From Owenia fusiformis (lineage: Eukaryota), in NCBI GenBank assembly GCA_903813345.2, contig CAIIXF020000001.1, positions 33,170,001 to 33,234,000 on the forward strand: 64,000 nucleotides of DNA, given 5' to 3'. The notes beneath the pieces were generated by a model. It saw only the letters and a program-made list of their open reading frames with translations. It ran no database searches and was not told the origin of the DNA. Shown piece after piece: positions 63,729 to 64,000 of the stretch; position 1 is the first letter of the stretch, and every line of letters starts with the position of its first letter. A program made the translations under genes and the position numbers.

Positions 63729-64000
63729 GGGGGGGGGGTTGCGATCACACCATTGCACCCCTCCTGGCTACGCCTATGACATTGTAGGATGTAACAATTT
63801 ACACTTCAGTGGACGTTTTGTCGAAAATTGGGATAACATGATTAATAATCAAAATCTTACATGTTGCATCATGTAAATTAACACATGTCACCTCTCTGCT
63901 AAAGTAACGATAGCTATTTACAGAATTAAATCATAATCAAAACAATTCACGCACCAACATACGAACTATTGAAAATAGAGTAAGATTGATTTGATATGTT

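Overview
AT-rich eukaryotic DNA, probably from a marine invertebrate (inferred from the repeat families), and almost entirely transposable elements. It has two 500-N scaffold gaps (12866-13365, 20366-20865). The one host-gene piece I can support is a terminal coding exon at 8869-8995 (+) resembling the SLC35D1/fringe-connection UDP-sugar transporter C-terminus. Coding TE relics: a decayed Mag-type Ty3/Gypsy element (gag-PR-RT, PBS, LTR end; minus strand) whose gag is split by a 3.8 kb TAG..CTA Academ-like element; two LINE endonuclease fragments; a Tc1/mariner transposase relic; and a hAT transposase C-terminal relic. Many MITEs have readable TSDs of 2, 3, 4, 5, 6, 8 and 10 bp. The most striking structure is about 24 kb (13366-20365 and about 45090-62377) that looks like satellite but resolves into non-autonomous Helentron/HINE-type elements of two families. 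They appear to insert into the (TTA/TTC)n tract just behind their own 5' end. This gives clusters of 5' 'heads' followed by bodies in last-in-first-out order (heads B,B,A,A,A then tails A,A,A,B,B), and the larger stack sits inside a third HINE family copy.
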